Below are positions 11,764-22,245 of a DNA stretch of 64,000 nucleotides, piece after piece. Position 1 is the first letter of the stretch; each line of letters opens with the position of its first letter. The position numbers and the translations under genes are program-made. The stretch comes from Marinoscillum sp. (GTDB taxonomy: Bacteria > Bacteroidota > Bacteroidia > Cytophagales > MED-G16): the NCBI GenBank assembly GCA_038134805.1, contig JAYPVV010000002.1:24648-88647 (forward strand). The letters are read 5' to 3'. The notes under the pieces were generated by a model. That model was not told where the DNA came from, made no database searches, and was given only the letters and a program-made list of their open reading frames with translations.

Positions 11764-11982
11764 ATGGCTAAACAAAAAGCGATTGAGCAAGATGGAGTTG
11801 TGACGGAAGCCTTATCAAATGCAATGTTTAGGGTAAAATTAGATAATGGGCATATAGTGACGGCTCATATCTCAGGAAAGATGAGAATGTTTTACATAAG
11901 ACTTCTTCCTGGAGATAAAGTAAAATTAGAGATGTCACCTTATGATTTAACAAAAGCTAGAATAACATTTAGATATAAGTAA
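11764..11982 (+). CDS. infA: Translation initiation factor IF-1
   Basis: 72 aa with [29 protein letters not shown]. Confidence 0.97.
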   Translation: MAKQKAIEQDGVVTEALSNAMFRVKLDNGHIVTAHISGKMRMFYIRLLPGDKVKLEMSPYDLTKARITFRYK

Positions 11983-11983
11983 T

Positions 11984-12100
11984 ATGAAAGTTAGAGCATC
12001 AGTTAAAAAAAGAAGTAGTGACTGTAAGGTCATTAGAAGGAAGGGAAAAGTTTATGTTATAAATAAAAAAAATCCTCGATTTAAACAGAGGCAAGGATAA
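11984..12100 (+). CDS. rpmJ: 50S ribosomal protein L36 (bL36); not in the supplied ORF track
   Basis: Hand translation from the ATG at 11984 to the TAA at 12098-12100 gives [38 protein letters not shown] (38 aa). Canonical infA-rpmJ-rpsM position. Confidence 0.9.
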   Translation: MKVRASVKKRSSDCKVIRRKGKVYVINKKNPRFKQRQG

Positions 12101-12103
12101 ATT

Positions 12104-12478
12104 ATGAGAATTGCAGGTATAGATATTCCAGATAATAAAAGAGGAGAGATAGCCCTAACATATATATATGGTTTAGGTAAAAGTTCTGCTCAAAAAATTC
12201 TAAAGGATGCTGGTGTCAGCTTTGATAAAAAAGTATCAGATTGGACAGAAGATGAATCTAATAAGATTAGAAATATTATTTCAAATGAGTTTAAAATTGA
12301 AGGTGATCTCAAATCAGAGGTTAGATTAAATATAAAAAGACTCCTTGATATTGGCTGCTACAGAGGTCTTAGACATAGAAAAGGACTTCCTGTTCGTGGT
12401 CAAAAAACAAAAAATAATTCTAGAACAAGAAAAGGAAAAAGAAAAACAGTTGCAAATAAAAAGAAAGCAGTTAAATAA
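12104..12478 (+). CDS. rpsM: 30S ribosomal protein S13 (uS13)
   Basis: [13 protein letters not shown]. Confidence 0.96.
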   Translation: MRIAGIDIPDNKRGEIALTYIYGLGKSSAQKILKDAGVSFDKKVSDWTEDESNKIRNIISNEFKIEGDLKSEVRLNIKRLLDIGCYRGLRHRKGLPVRGQKTKNNSRTRKGKRKTVANKKKAVK

Positions 12479-12867
12479 TGAATAAGAAAAAAGATAAATC
12501 GAAAAAAAGAGTAGTTGTTGTAAATAAAAATGGACAAGCTCATATAAAATGTTCATTTAATAACATCATAATTTCCATCACAAATGAAACTGGTCAGGTT
12601 ATTTCTTGGTCTTCTGCTGGTAAGATGGGATTTCGTGGCTCTAAGAAAAATACTCCTTTTGCTGCTCAGATAGCTACTGAAGATGCAGTCAAATCTGCTT
12701 TTGAGCTTGGCTTAAGGAAAGTAGATATTTTTATTAAGGGTCCTGGAGCAGGAAGAGATTCAGCAATCAGAGCTATTCAAAATGCTGGTTTAGATGTAGT
12801 GTCTATTACTGACGTTACACCTCTTCCACATAATGGATGCAGACCCCCTAAAAGAAGAAGAGTTTAA
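12478..12867 (+). CDS. rpsK: 30S ribosomal protein S11 (uS11)
   Basis: [28 protein letters not shown]. Confidence 0.96.
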   Translation: MNKKKDKSKKRVVVVNKNGQAHIKCSFNNIIISITNETGQVISWSSAGKMGFRGSKKNTPFAAQIATEDAVKSAFELGLRKVDIFIKGPGAGRDSAIRAIQNAGLDVVSITDVTPLPHNGCRPPKRRRV

Positions 12868-12878
12868 ATTATTTTAAA

Positions 12879-13484
12879 ATGGCAAGATATACAGGTCCAA
12901 AATCAAAGATTTCTAGAAAATATGGTGAACCAATTTTTGGCGATACTAAGGCTTTAGAAAAAAAACCTCATCCTCCAGGACAACACGGTAGAGGAAGGAA
13001 AAAAAAGAAATCAGAATATGCTATTCAGTTAGCCGAGAAACAAAAAGCTAAGTATCTATATGGTATATTAGAAAGACAATTTAGAAACATGTTTAATAAA
13101 GCATCAAGGAAAGAAGGTGTAACTGGTCAGAATTTACTTCAGTTACTTGAAGCTAGACTTGATAATGTTGTTTATAGATTAGGAATTGCTCCTACAAGAA
13201 GAGCTGCTAGACAGCTTGTCACTCATAATCATATTACAGTAAATGGAAATCTTGTTAACATTCCTTCATATACTTTAAAAGAAGGTGATGTAATAGCTGT
13301 AAGAGAGAAATCTAAATCTTTGACTGCTATTGCATCTAGTATTTTAAATAAAAATTCTAATAAATATAAATGGCTAGAATGGGATGATAAATCTTTATTA
13401 GGTAAGCTTGTTACTTACCCTGATCGAGAATCAATTCCAGAGAATATTAATGAGCAACTAATTGTTGAATTATATTCTAAATAA
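12879..13484 (+). CDS. rpsD: 30S ribosomal protein S4 (uS4)
   Basis: [16 protein letters not shown]; S4 RNA-binding domain [10 protein letters not shown]. Confidence 0.96.
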   Translation: MARYTGPKSKISRKYGEPIFGDTKALEKKPHPPGQHGRGRKKKKSEYAIQLAEKQKAKYLYGILERQFRNMFNKASRKEGVTGQNLLQLLEARLDNVVYRLGIAPTRRAARQLVTHNHITVNGNLVNIPSYTLKEGDVIAVREKSKSLTAIASSILNKNSNKYKWLEWDDKSLLGKLVTYPDRESIPENINEQLIVELYSK

Positions 13485-13512
13485 AATATTGTATAAATAA
13501 ATTTTAAAAATT

Positions 13513-14493
13513 ATGTCACTACTTTCATTTCAATTACCTGATAAGATAGTAATGGAAAAAGCCGATGATTTTCATGGTATTTTCACATTTTCTCCATTAC
13601 AACCAGGCTATGGTTTAACTATTGGTAATGCAGTAAGAAGAGTATTGCTCTCATCATTAGAGGGATATGCTGTCACTGGTATTAAAATTCCTGGTGTACA
13701 ACATGAGTTTTCTACAATTGATGGTATTGTTGAAGATGTATCTGAAATCATTTTAAATCTTAAAACTATAAGATTTAAACCATTAAATGATAGTCCAGAA
13801 AAAAATATTGTTGTTTCTATTGATAAAAAAGGAACCATAACTGGTAAAGATATAGCTAAAGTAACTAGCTCTTATGAGATTTTAAATCCTGACCAAGAAA
13901 TTTGTACTATTAGTAAAAGCACTAAATTTTCTCTTAATTTAAAAATAGAGAAAGGAAGGGGATACGTATCTTCTGAAGAAAATAATTCATCATCTGATGT
14001 TGATTTCATTGCTATTGACTCTGTCTTTACTCCTATTATTAATGTTAAATATACCATTGAAAATACTAGAGTTGAGCAAAAAACTGATTTTGAAAAATTA
14101 ATTTTAGAAATTCAAACTGATGGCTCAATTCATCCTGAAGATGCTTTAAAGGGTGCTGCACAGTTATTAATTAAGCACTTCTATCTATTTTCAGATAAGG
14201 ATATGGAATTTGATGAAGATAATTCTGATGAGATAGAGGTTGTTGATGAGGAGTTGCTTCATATGAGAAAACTTTTAAAAACATCTTTAAATGATTTAGA
14301 TTTATCAGTAAGAGCTTATAATTGTTTGAAAGCTGCTGATATTAAAACCCTAGGTGATTTAGTTAGTATAGAAATTTCTGATATGATGAAATTTAGAAAT
14401 TTTGGTAAAAAATCATTGACTGAACTTGAAGAACTTGTAGATAATAAAGGTCTTACTTTTGGAATGGACCTCTCAAAATATAATTTAGATTAA
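13513..14493 (+). CDS. rpoA: DNA-directed RNA polymerase subunit alpha
   Basis: [18 protein letters not shown] in the N-terminal domain; C-terminal domain [20 protein letters not shown]. Confidence 0.96.
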   Translation: MSLLSFQLPDKIVMEKADDFHGIFTFSPLQPGYGLTIGNAVRRVLLSSLEGYAVTGIKIPGVQHEFSTIDGIVEDVSEIILNLKTIRFKPLNDSPEKNIVVSIDKKGTITGKDIAKVTSSYEILNPDQEICTISKSTKFSLNLKIEKGRGYVSSEENNSSSDVDFIAIDSVFTPIINVKYTIENTRVEQKTDFEKLILEIQTDGSIHPEDALKGAAQLLIKHFYLFSDKDMEFDEDNSDEIEVVDEELLHMRKLLKTSLNDLDLSVRAYNCLKAADIKTLGDLVSIEISDMMKFRNFGKKSLTELEELVDNKGLTFGMDLSKYNLD

Positions 14494-14502
14494 TTTATTT
14501 CA

Positions 14503-15012
14503 ATGAGACACGGTAAAAAAGTAAATCATTTAAGTAGAAAGGCACCTCATAGGAAAGCTATGCTTTCAAATATGGCTTCTTCTCTTATTCTTCATAAGAA
14601 AATTGAGACTACTTTAGCTAAAGCAAAAGCTCTTAGAAAGTACATAGAACCAATTTTAACTAAGTCTAAAAATGATACTACTCACTCAAGAAGAACGGTA
14701 TTCTCTTTACTTAATAATAAAGAGTCTGTATCTGAGTTGTTTAACAATGTTTCTCAAAAGATAGCAGCTAGACAAGGGGGGTATACTAGAATAATCAAAA
14801 CGGGTTTTAGGTTAGGAGATAATTCAGAAATGTGTATTATGGAACTCGTTGATTATAATTCTTTGCTATTAGTAAGTGAAGTAAAAGATGTTGGGGTTAA
14901 AACTAGGAGAAGTAGAAGAAAAAAAACTTCATCGAGTGTAAATGATGAAAATTCTAAATCTGAAACTCCTAAAAAAAAGATTAAAAAAGACGATGATAAA
15001 AAGTCAAAATAG
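14503..15012 (+). CDS. rplQ: 50S ribosomal protein L17 (bL17) with a Lys/Ser-rich C-terminal extension
   Basis: [21 protein letters not shown]; last gene of the alpha operon. Confidence 0.95.
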   Translation: MRHGKKVNHLSRKAPHRKAMLSNMASSLILHKKIETTLAKAKALRKYIEPILTKSKNDTTHSRRTVFSLLNNKESVSELFNNVSQKIAARQGGYTRIIKTGFRLGDNSEMCIMELVDYNSLLLVSEVKDVGVKTRRSRRKKTSSSVNDENSKSETPKKKIKKDDDKKSK

Positions 15013-15034
15013 TTCTTTTTGAAAATTTTAATTT

Positions 15035-15068
15035 AAAGGGATTAAATTTATTTAATCCCTTTTTTATT
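15035..15068 (+). terminator. Rho-independent terminator after rplQ
   Basis: Perfect 12-bp stem aaagggattaaa / tttaatcccttt (15035-15046 / 15051-15062), 4-nt loop, then a T-run. Confidence 0.75.
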
Positions 15069-15071
15069 TTT

Positions 15072-15079
15072 TATTTTTG
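15072..15079 (+). promoter_or_regulatory. Candidate -7 box (TATTTTTG) 7 nt upstream of the carA ATG
   Basis: Exact TAnnTTTG directly after the rplQ terminator. It sits in a T-rich tract, so the chance-match risk is real. Confidence 0.3.
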
Positions 15080-15086
15080 AAAAAAA

Positions 15087-16187
15087 ATGGCAATAAATTC
15101 TAGGAAACCTGCAATTCTATTATTAGAAGATGGATCTATCTTTGAAGGAACCCCTCTTGGTAAAATTGGAGTTGCTACTGGTGAGATCTGTTATAATACA
15201 GGAATGACTGGGTATCAAGAAATTTATACAGATCCTTCTTATTTTGGTCAGATTATTATTAATACCTCTTCACATATTGGTAACTATGGTACTATTGATA
15301 ATGAGCAAGAAAGCTTATTTCCTCAAATTAATGGAGTGGTAATTAATGAGTATTCTGAAGTTTATAGTAGATCTAATTCTAATGAAAGTTTGGAAGAATA
15401 TTTTATTAAAAATAATACTGTTGCAATATACGACATTGATACTCGAAAATTAGTTAAACATATTAGAGATAAGGGAGCAATGAATGCACTCATATCAAGT
15501 GATTCTTTAGTAGTTGAAGATTTGCTAAAAATTCTTAATAATGTCCCTTCTATGAAAAATCTTGAATTATCTTCCAAAGTAACTACTCAAAAGGAATATA
15601 TATATGGTGATGATTTATTCTCTGTAAAAATTGCTGTTTTAGATCTTGGCTGTAAAAAATCTATTCTTGAAAACTTTAGTAGCCGAGGAGCAATATGTAA
15701 AGTTTTTCCTGCTAAAACTCCATATATTGATATGAAGTCATGGAATCCTGATGGTTTTTTTATTTCAAATGGACCAGGAGATCCGGCTGCAATGGATTAT
15801 GCAGTTAATACAGTTAAAGAAATTATAAAAAATGATGAGCCAGTTTTTGGAATTTGTCTTGGACATCAAATTTTAGCAAGAGCTTGTGAAATTTCAACTT
15901 ATAAGTTACATAATGGTCATAGAGGAATAAATCATCCGGTAAAGAATTTAAAGTCTGGAAAATCTGAAGTTACTTCTCAAAATCATGGTTTTGCCGTCTC
16001 CATCGAGGATGTAAAGAAATCAGATACAATTGAGTTAACCCATATTAATTTAAATGATAATACAGTTGAAGGTATTAAGGTTAAAGGTAAGAAAGCTTTT
16101 TCAGTTCAATATCATCCAGAATCATCACCAGGTCCACACGACTCAAGATATTTATTTGATGAATTTATAAATATGTTAAAAAAGTGA
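15087..16187 (+). CDS. carA: Carbamoyl-phosphate synthase small (glutaminase) subunit
   Basis: 366 aa with GICLGHQIL and a class-I amidotransferase C-terminal half (QNHGFAV, VQYHPE). No carB in the window. Confidence 0.93.
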   Translation: MAINSRKPAILLLEDGSIFEGTPLGKIGVATGEICYNTGMTGYQEIYTDPSYFGQIIINTSSHIGNYGTIDNEQESLFPQINGVVINEYSEVYSRSNSNESLEEYFIKNNTVAIYDIDTRKLVKHIRDKGAMNALISSDSLVVEDLLKILNNVPSMKNLELSSKVTTQKEYIYGDDLFSVKIAVLDLGCKKSILENFSSRGAICKVFPAKTPYIDMKSWNPDGFFISNGPGDPAAMDYAVNTVKEIIKNDEPVFGICLGHQILARACEISTYKLHNGHRGINHPVKNLKSGKSEVTSQNHGFAVSIEDVKKSDTIELTHINLNDNTVEGIKVKGKKAFSVQYHPESSPGPHDSRYLFDEFINMLKK

Positions 16188-17455
16188 ATAAAATAACAAA
16201 ATTAATTGCAAGGCAAATTTTAGATTCTAGAGGAAATCCAACAGTTGAAGTTGATATTTTTTCAGATAAAATTATGGGCAGAGCGGCTGTACCTTCTGGA
16301 GCGTCCACTGGAGAGCATGAAGCAGTAGAGTTAAGAGATAATGCAAAGATTTATAATGGTAAATCAGTTTATAAAGCTGTAATTAATGTAAATACAATTA
16401 TCTCAAAAGAATTAGTTGGTAAGTCTTGTTTTATGCAAGAAGATATTGATAAAATATTAATAGAATTGGATGGCACATTGAACAAGTCCAATCTTGGTGC
16501 TAATGCAATTCTAGGAGTTTCTTTAGCATATGCTCATTTATCTTCAAAACTATCAGAGAAGCCATTATATAAATATTTAGGTGGTGATGATGCTAATTTA
16601 TTACCTGTACCAATGATGAATATTATCAATGGTGGCTCTCATTCTGATGCACCAATTGCTTTTCAAGAGTTTATGATAAGACCAGTTGGAGCTAATTCTT
16701 TTAGTGAGGCTTTAAGATATGGCTCTGAAATATTTCATACACTTAAGTCTATACTTAAAAGTAAAAATCTTAGTACTGCAGTTGGAGATGAGGGAGGATT
16801 TGCCCCAAATTTTTCTGGTGGAACTGAAGAAGCAATAGACACAATTCTTAGTTCTATTGAAAAGTCAGGTTTTTCTCCAGGAAAAGATATTACTCTCGCA
16901 ATGGATTGCGCTTCTTCTGAATTTTATAAAAAAGGAGAATATGATTATAGAATTTTTGAAGGTAATAATGGGGAGGTGAGAAATTCTGAAGCTCAAGTTT
17001 TATATTTAAAAAATTTAGTTAAACAATATCCTATTGATAGCATTGAAGATGGATGTGATGAAAATGATTGGGATGGTTGGAGAATGTTGACAAAAGAAAT
17101 TGGAAGTACTTGTCAACTGGTAGGTGATGACCTATTGGTTACAAATCTTAAATATTTAAAAAGAGCTATTGAAGAAAAGAGTGCTAATTCTATTTTAATA
17201 AAACCTAACCAAATAGGAACATTAACCGAAACTGTGCATGCAATAAATTTAGCAAAAAATTCAGGCTGGACAGCCGTTGTATCTCATAGATCTGGTGAGA
17301 CGGAAGACACTACAATTTCTGATATAGCTGTTGGGTTAAATGTTGGACAAATTAAGACGGGATCTTTATCAAGATCAGATAGAATAGCAAAATATAATCA
17401 GCTATTAAGGATAGAAGAGGATTTAGGAGATAAAGCAAAATTTCCTTCTAAATAA
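16184..17455 (+). CDS. eno: Enolase (GTG start overlapping the carA stop)
   Basis: [13 protein letters not shown] and SHRSGETED. No in-frame ATG lies near the conserved N-terminus, so the GTG at 16184 is required. Confidence 0.96.
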   Translation: MNKITKLIARQILDSRGNPTVEVDIFSDKIMGRAAVPSGASTGEHEAVELRDNAKIYNGKSVYKAVINVNTIISKELVGKSCFMQEDIDKILIELDGTLNKSNLGANAILGVSLAYAHLSSKLSEKPLYKYLGGDDANLLPVPMMNIINGGSHSDAPIAFQEFMIRPVGANSFSEALRYGSEIFHTLKSILKSKNLSTAVGDEGGFAPNFSGGTEEAIDTILSSIEKSGFSPGKDITLAMDCASSEFYKKGEYDYRIFEGNNGEVRNSEAQVLYLKNLVKQYPIDSIEDGCDENDWDGWRMLTKEIGSTCQLVGDDLLVTNLKYLKRAIEEKSANSILIKPNQIGTLTETVHAINLAKNSGWTAVVSHRSGETEDTTISDIAVGLNVGQIKTGSLSRSDRIAKYNQLLRIEEDLGDKAKFPSK

Positions 17456-17459
17456 ATTA

Positions 17460-17467
17460 TATATTTG
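17460..17467 (+). promoter_or_regulatory. Candidate -7 box (TATATTTG) 4 nt upstream of the ftsB-like ATG
   Basis: Exact TAnnTTTG in the 16-nt eno/ftsB-like spacer. Confidence 0.25.
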
Positions 17468-17471
17468 ATTC

Positions 17472-17765
17472 ATGATAAAAGACAAGATTAAACCTCTCTT
17501 AAAAAATTTTTATTTTCTATTCTTTTTATCTTTTATTTTATGGATGACACTAATAGACTCAAATGGGTTTATAAATAGATACAGACTATCTTCAAAAATG
17601 AAAGAACTTAAAAACCAAAGAAATTTTTACTTAAATGAAATTGAAAAAATATCATTTGACAAGGATAGATTTGATAATGATGATGAGTTATTAGAAAAAT
17701 TTGCTAGAGAAGAATACTTGATGAAAAAAGAAACAGAAGATATTTACTATATAATAAAAGAATGA
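17472..17765 (+). CDS. Septum formation initiator (FtsB/DivIC-like) bitopic protein
   Basis: 97 aa with one N-terminal TM helix then a coiled coil. The eno-ftsB neighbourhood is widely conserved. Confidence 0.6.
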   Translation: MIKDKIKPLLKNFYFLFFLSFILWMTLIDSNGFINRYRLSSKMKELKNQRNFYLNEIEKISFDKDRFDNDDELLEKFAREEYLMKKETEDIYYIIKE

Positions 17766-18835
17766 TGGATAAAAAAAGCAAAGATTTTTTATTTAAATAT
17801 TTAAATAATCATTCCCCAACAGGGTTTGAGACCTCTGGTCAAAGAATTTGGCTTGATTACATAACACCATATATCGATGAATATATTTCTGATACATATG
17901 GAAGTGTAGTAGGTGTAGTTAATCCTTCAGCTTCATATAAGGTAGTTATTGAAGCTCATGCTGACGAGATTTCTTGGTTTGTAAATTATATTACAGATGA
18001 TGGATATATTTATGTTATTAGAAATGGTGGTTCTGATCATCAAATTGCTCCATCCAAAAGGGTAAATATTCATACAGATAAAGGAATTGTTAAGGGAGTA
18101 TTTGGTTGGCCGGCAATACATGTAAGAGATCCAAAAACTGAAGAAACTCCTTCACTAAAGAATATTTTTATTGATGTAGGATGCTCATCTAAAAAAGAAG
18201 TAGAAGCTCTTGGTATTCACGTTGGTTGTGTTATTACATTCGAAGATGAGTTGATGATATTAAATAAAAATTATTATACAGGAAGAGCACTTGATAATAG
18301 AATGGGGGGGTTTATGATAGCGGAAGTAGCAAGAAGATTATATGAGAATAAGAAAAAACTTGGTTTTGGACTTTACATAGTCAACTCAGTTCAAGAAGAA
18401 ATAGGGTTAAGAGGTGCTCAGATGATTGCTGAGAGAATTGATCCAGACGTTGCTATCATTACTGATGTGACTCATGACACAAACTCTCCAATGTATGATA
18501 AGAAAAAAAGTGGTGATATTAAATCAGGGATGGGGCCTGCATTAACATTTGGTCCTGCGGTTCAAAATAATTTATTGAAGCTTTTAATAGAGACAGCTAA
18601 AAAAAACAAAATAGACCATCAGCTAATGGCTGCTTCTAGATTTACTGGAACAGATACTGATGCTTTTGCATATTCTAATGATGGAGTTGCCTCTGCTCTT
18701 ATATCTCTTCCATTAAAGTATATGCATACAACAGTAGAAACTGTTCATATTAATGATGTTGAGAACTGTATTAAGTTAATGTATGAATCTGTCTTAGCAA
18801 TAAAAAAAGGTCAGGATTTTAGATATATTAAATAA
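17762..18835 (+). CDS. M42 family metallopeptidase (glutamyl aminopeptidase/FrvX-like)
   Basis: 357 aa with LNNHSPTGFE, IEAHADEI and a GRALDNRMGG-type motif. Confidence 0.85.
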   Translation: MMDKKSKDFLFKYLNNHSPTGFETSGQRIWLDYITPYIDEYISDTYGSVVGVVNPSASYKVVIEAHADEISWFVNYITDDGYIYVIRNGGSDHQIAPSKRVNIHTDKGIVKGVFGWPAIHVRDPKTEETPSLKNIFIDVGCSSKKEVEALGIHVGCVITFEDELMILNKNYYTGRALDNRMGGFMIAEVARRLYENKKKLGFGLYIVNSVQEEIGLRGAQMIAERIDPDVAIITDVTHDTNSPMYDKKKSGDIKSGMGPALTFGPAVQNNLLKLLIETAKKNKIDHQLMAASRFTGTDTDAFAYSNDGVASALISLPLKYMHTTVETVHINDVENCIKLMYESVLAIKKGQDFRYIK

Positions 18836-18838
18836 TAA

Positions 18839-20065
18839 CTAAACTACATTGTAGCCTACTTTTTTCAAGTCCTCCCAAAAGTTTGGATATGACTTTTTAA
18901 CGACATCTGGATTATTAATAGTAAGATTAATCTCAGAAGAGAGTGGAGCAAATGCCATAGCCATTCTATGATCATCATAAGTATCTATATCAATTTTTTT
19001 TGGCAGCCTTTCTTCTCTATTTTCTAATATCCAGTAGTTTTTTTTCTCATGAAATAGAGCTCCAATTTTATTTAATTCTTGACTCATAGCAAGTAATCTA
19101 TTTGTTTCTTTAATTTTTAAACTTTCAACTCCATAAGCTTTTAGCTTAATATTATGAAATGCTGCAATTACTAAAATAGTTTGTGCAAGATCAGGACAAT
19201 CTTTAAAATTAAGTTCTAAATAACTATTACTAAATTTTTTTCTTCTAAGAATTATAGTATTATTAAGATACTTAGTCTTAACATTGAATAGATTCATTAT
19301 TTTGGCTATTATACTATCTCCTTGGAGAGACTCTTTTTTTAAACCATTTAGTGTAATAGAATCTATATTTTTATTTATTGAAATTATACTATACCAATAA
19401 CTAGCTGCTGACCAATCAGATTCAACTAAATGTAGTCCTCCCTTATATTCTTGATTTAAAATACTTATGGTCTTATTTCTCATTTTAAATTTAATCCCAA
19501 ATTTTTTCATTAGATGCAATGTCATCATTACATAAGGTTTACTATAAAAAGGACCATCAATATTTATTGTAAGGCCTTGGGGTAATAAAGGTGAAATCAT
19601 TAAAAGAGAAGATATATACTGACTACTAATATTTCCTTTAACTGAAATTGAATTTGAGACTTGAGAAATTTTATTTTTGATAGTAATCGGAGGATAACCT
19701 TTTTTTTCTAGATAATAAATTTCTGCACCTAGCTTATTTAAAGAATCTACTAATATTTTAATAGGTCTTTTCTTCATTCTTTCAGTCCCTATTAAATTTA
19801 TATTTTCTTTCTTTAGCGCTAGATAAGAGGTTAAAAATCTATAAGTTGTACCTGCATCTTCTGCATCCCATATTTCATTAGAATCTTTACTTAGTAAATT
19901 AGCTAACAGTAATGTGTCATTAGCATTTGAAAGGTTTTGTAATTCAATTTCATTTTTTGATAAATATTTAATAATTAATAATCTATTACTTTCACTCTTT
20001 GAAGAATTTAAATTTATTTTTATAACAGTTATTTCTTTATTGAAGGAAAGATTAATTTTTTTCAT
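18839..20065 (-). CDS. aroA: 3-phosphoshikimate 1-carboxyvinyltransferase (EPSP synthase)
   Basis: 408 aa with SKSESNRLLII, DAGTTYRF and DDHRMAMAFAPL. Confidence 0.9.
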   Translation of the reverse strand: MKKINLSFNKEITVIKINLNSSKSESNRLLIIKYLSKNEIELQNLSNANDTLLLANLLSKDSNEIWDAEDAGTTYRFLTSYLALKKENINLIGTERMKKRPIKILVDSLNKLGAEIYYLEKKGYPPITIKNKISQVSNSISVKGNISSQYISSLLMISPLLPQGLTINIDGPFYSKPYVMMTLHLMKKFGIKFKMRNKTISILNQEYKGGLHLVESDWSAASYWYSIISINKNIDSITLNGLKKESLQGDSIIAKIMNLFNVKTKYLNNTIILRRKKFSNSYLELNFKDCPDLAQTILVIAAFHNIKLKAYGVESLKIKETNRLLAMSQELNKIGALFHEKKNYWILENREERLPKKIDIDTYDDHRMAMAFAPLSSEINLTINNPDVVKKSYPNFWEDLKKVGYNVV

Positions 20066-21098
20066 TAGTATTTTTATTATAATAATCTAGGCTATTACTA
20101 ATTAAATTTTTATCAATTTCAAAATTGTATTCACAAGATCCAATACCATTCAAAACACATGTTCTGATTTTGTTTGATTTATTTTTTTTATCAAGAAGAG
20201 TATTATTTATAATTTCTTTTTTAAAGTTAAGTTTTGGTAATTGGTAGATGCTTAAAATATATTTTGTAATAATATTAAGGTCTGAATCACTTAACTTATT
20301 AAAATAGTTAGAAATAAAGGCCTCACAAATTATTCCAATTGAAATTGCTTCTCCATGCAAAAATTTTTTTGATTTTGACAAATATGTTGTTTCAATTGCA
20401 TGGCCTATGGTATGTCCAAAGTTTAAAATTTTTCTCATACCTTGCTCAGTCGGATCATTCTTGACTATATCATGTTTTATTGATATAGAGTGTTTTACTA
20501 GCTCTTTCCAAGAGTTAGACTCCCATTTTGTTTTTGAAATTTTAAAAAACATATTCTTGTCTCTTATTAGACAATGTTTGATTATTTCTGCAAAACCAGA
20601 TTTAAGTTCTCTTTTAGAAAGTGTCTCTAATAAATTAATATCTATAATGATCTCCTTAGGTTCATTAAAAACACCTATTAAATTTTTTATATTATAATAA
20701 TCAATTCCTACCTTTCCACCAATACTTGCATCCACTTGAGATAGTAGAGTAGTAGGTATATTTATGAAATCTATACCCCTCATATAAGTTGAAGCGATAA
20801 ATCCACCTAAATCACAAATTACTCCTCCACCTATATTAATTATTAATGAATGTCTATCAAATTTTAATTGAATAAGTTTTTTCCATACTTTTTCACACGA
20901 TGATAAAATCTTATTTTCTTCACCTTCTTTAATTTTTATTATATTGTATTCAAAGCTGAAGCACTTTTTATTAGATTTAAGACAATATTTGTATGAATTA
21001 GTATCAGCTAAGAAAGCTATTTTTGAATAATTATTTTTAAATATAAATTCGTTAAGAGGAGAAATAAAATCAGCAATTTTAATATGATTAGGAATCAT
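20052..21098 (-). CDS. aroB: 3-dehydroquinate synthase
   Basis: 348 aa with GGGVICDLGGFIASTYMRGI and FGHTIGHAIE. Overlaps aroA by 14 nt. Confidence 0.88.
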   Translation of the reverse strand: MIPNHIKIADFISPLNEFIFKNNYSKIAFLADTNSYKYCLKSNKKCFSFEYNIIKIKEGEENKILSSCEKVWKKLIQLKFDRHSLIINIGGGVICDLGGFIASTYMRGIDFINIPTTLLSQVDASIGGKVGIDYYNIKNLIGVFNEPKEIIIDINLLETLSKRELKSGFAEIIKHCLIRDKNMFFKISKTKWESNSWKELVKHSISIKHDIVKNDPTEQGMRKILNFGHTIGHAIETTYLSKSKKFLHGEAISIGIICEAFISNYFNKLSDSDLNIITKYILSIYQLPKLNFKKEIINNTLLDKKNKSNKIRTCVLNGIGSCEYNFEIDKNLISNSLDYYNKNTNEKN

Positions 21099-22201
21099 AT
21101 TTTAAAATTAGCTTTTTTCCTATTTATAATTTTATTTTGAACATTAATAGATCCTAGGTGAATAACTTTATATAAATCTTCAATAAAGTCTTTATCTAAC
21201 CCCTTATCTAAAGCCCATTTTATTCTTGATTTGAATATTTCATTCCACCTGTCAACTTGAAAAGTAGTTAAATCTTGTTCTTTTTTGAATTCACCAATTT
21301 TCTCAACTAAGTTTATTCTTTTAGCGATCACTTCTATAATTTCTTTATCAACATCATCTATTCCTTCTCTAATTTCATTAAGTAAATGCTTATAAGATTT
21401 ATCTTCTTCATGAGATGTTTTCACCTTGAGATTCTTTTTGATTTCAGAAAGATAGCTAGGTGTTATCTGTTGTTTAGAATCACTCCATGCATTATCTGGA
21501 TCAATATGTGATTCTATAATTAATCCATCATATCCAAGATCTAAAGCTTTTTGTGAGGTTTCAAAAATCATTTCTCTGTTTCCGCATATATGTGATGGGT
21601 CACAAATTAATGGTAGGTTTGGATGATTACTTTTTAAGTCAATAGCAATTTTCCACATTGGCGTATATCTATACTTTGAGCTTCCAGTAATTGAAAATCC
21701 TCTATGAATAGCACCTAACTTATTAATTCCTACTTTATTAACTCTTTCTAAAGCTCCCATCCATAAAGACAAATCTGGATTTATAGGGTTCTTTACTAAC
21801 ATTGGAATATCTATTCCTTTTAAGGATTCTGCAATTTCTTGAACAGAGAAAGGATTTACTGTAGTTCTAGCACCAATCCATAAAATATCTATTCCATATT
21901 TTAGTGATAATTCTACATGATTAGTATTTGCAACCTCTACAGCAAATTGAATATTTAATTCTTTTTTAATATCTGAAATCCATTTTAGTGCCTCCTCTCC
22001 ATTTCCTTCAAAAGTTCCAGGTCGAGTTCTTGGTTTCCAGACTCCAGCTCTAAATAAACTTATGCCATGAGATTTTAATTCTTTACAGGTTTGATAAAGT
22101 TGTTCAAAAGTTTCTGCACTACATGGTCCTGATATAATTAATGGTTCATCTTTGGTCTTTATCCAATTATTAATTGGCTCTATATTAAACTTTTTGCTCA
22201 T
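21095..22201 (-). CDS. Bifunctional DAHP synthase (type I-beta) / chorismate mutase (C-terminal AroQ domain)
   Basis: N-terminal about 260 aa resemble the KDO8PS-like DAHPS fold (IISGPCSAE, LICDPSH). C-terminal about 95 aa are helical and CM-like (IREGIDDVDKEIIEVIAKRINLVEKIG). Confidence 0.88.
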   Translation of the reverse strand: MSKKFNIEPINNWIKTKDEPLIISGPCSAETFEQLYQTCKELKSHGISLFRAGVWKPRTRPGTFEGNGEEALKWISDIKKELNIQFAVEVANTNHVELSLKYGIDILWIGARTTVNPFSVQEIAESLKGIDIPMLVKNPINPDLSLWMGALERVNKVGINKLGAIHRGFSITGSSKYRYTPMWKIAIDLKSNHPNLPLICDPSHICGNREMIFETSQKALDLGYDGLIIESHIDPDNAWSDSKQQITPSYLSEIKKNLKVKTSHEEDKSYKHLLNEIREGIDDVDKEIIEVIAKRINLVEKIGEFKKEQDLTTFQVDRWNEIFKSRIKWALDKGLDKDFIEDLYKVIHLGSINVQNKIINRKKANFKI

Positions 22202-22209
22202 TTCTATTA

Positions 22210-22217
22210 TATTTTTG
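22210..22217 (+). promoter_or_regulatory. Candidate -7 box (TATTTTTG) for the proline dehydrogenase gene
   Basis: Exact TAnnTTTG, 28 nt before the GTG at 22246, in a 44-nt divergent spacer. Confidence 0.3.
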
Positions 22218-22245
22218 CTCTGAAATTATTCAACTAATCAGATAA

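Noticed and set aside
22189-22220. A direct repeat, tttttgctc, at 22191-22199 and 22212-22220 around the DAHP synthase start and the proline dehydrogenase promoter.
   Set aside because: It is short (9 nt) and T-rich. One copy is simply the complement of the coding start region. There is no evidence of function beyond the -7 box already listed.
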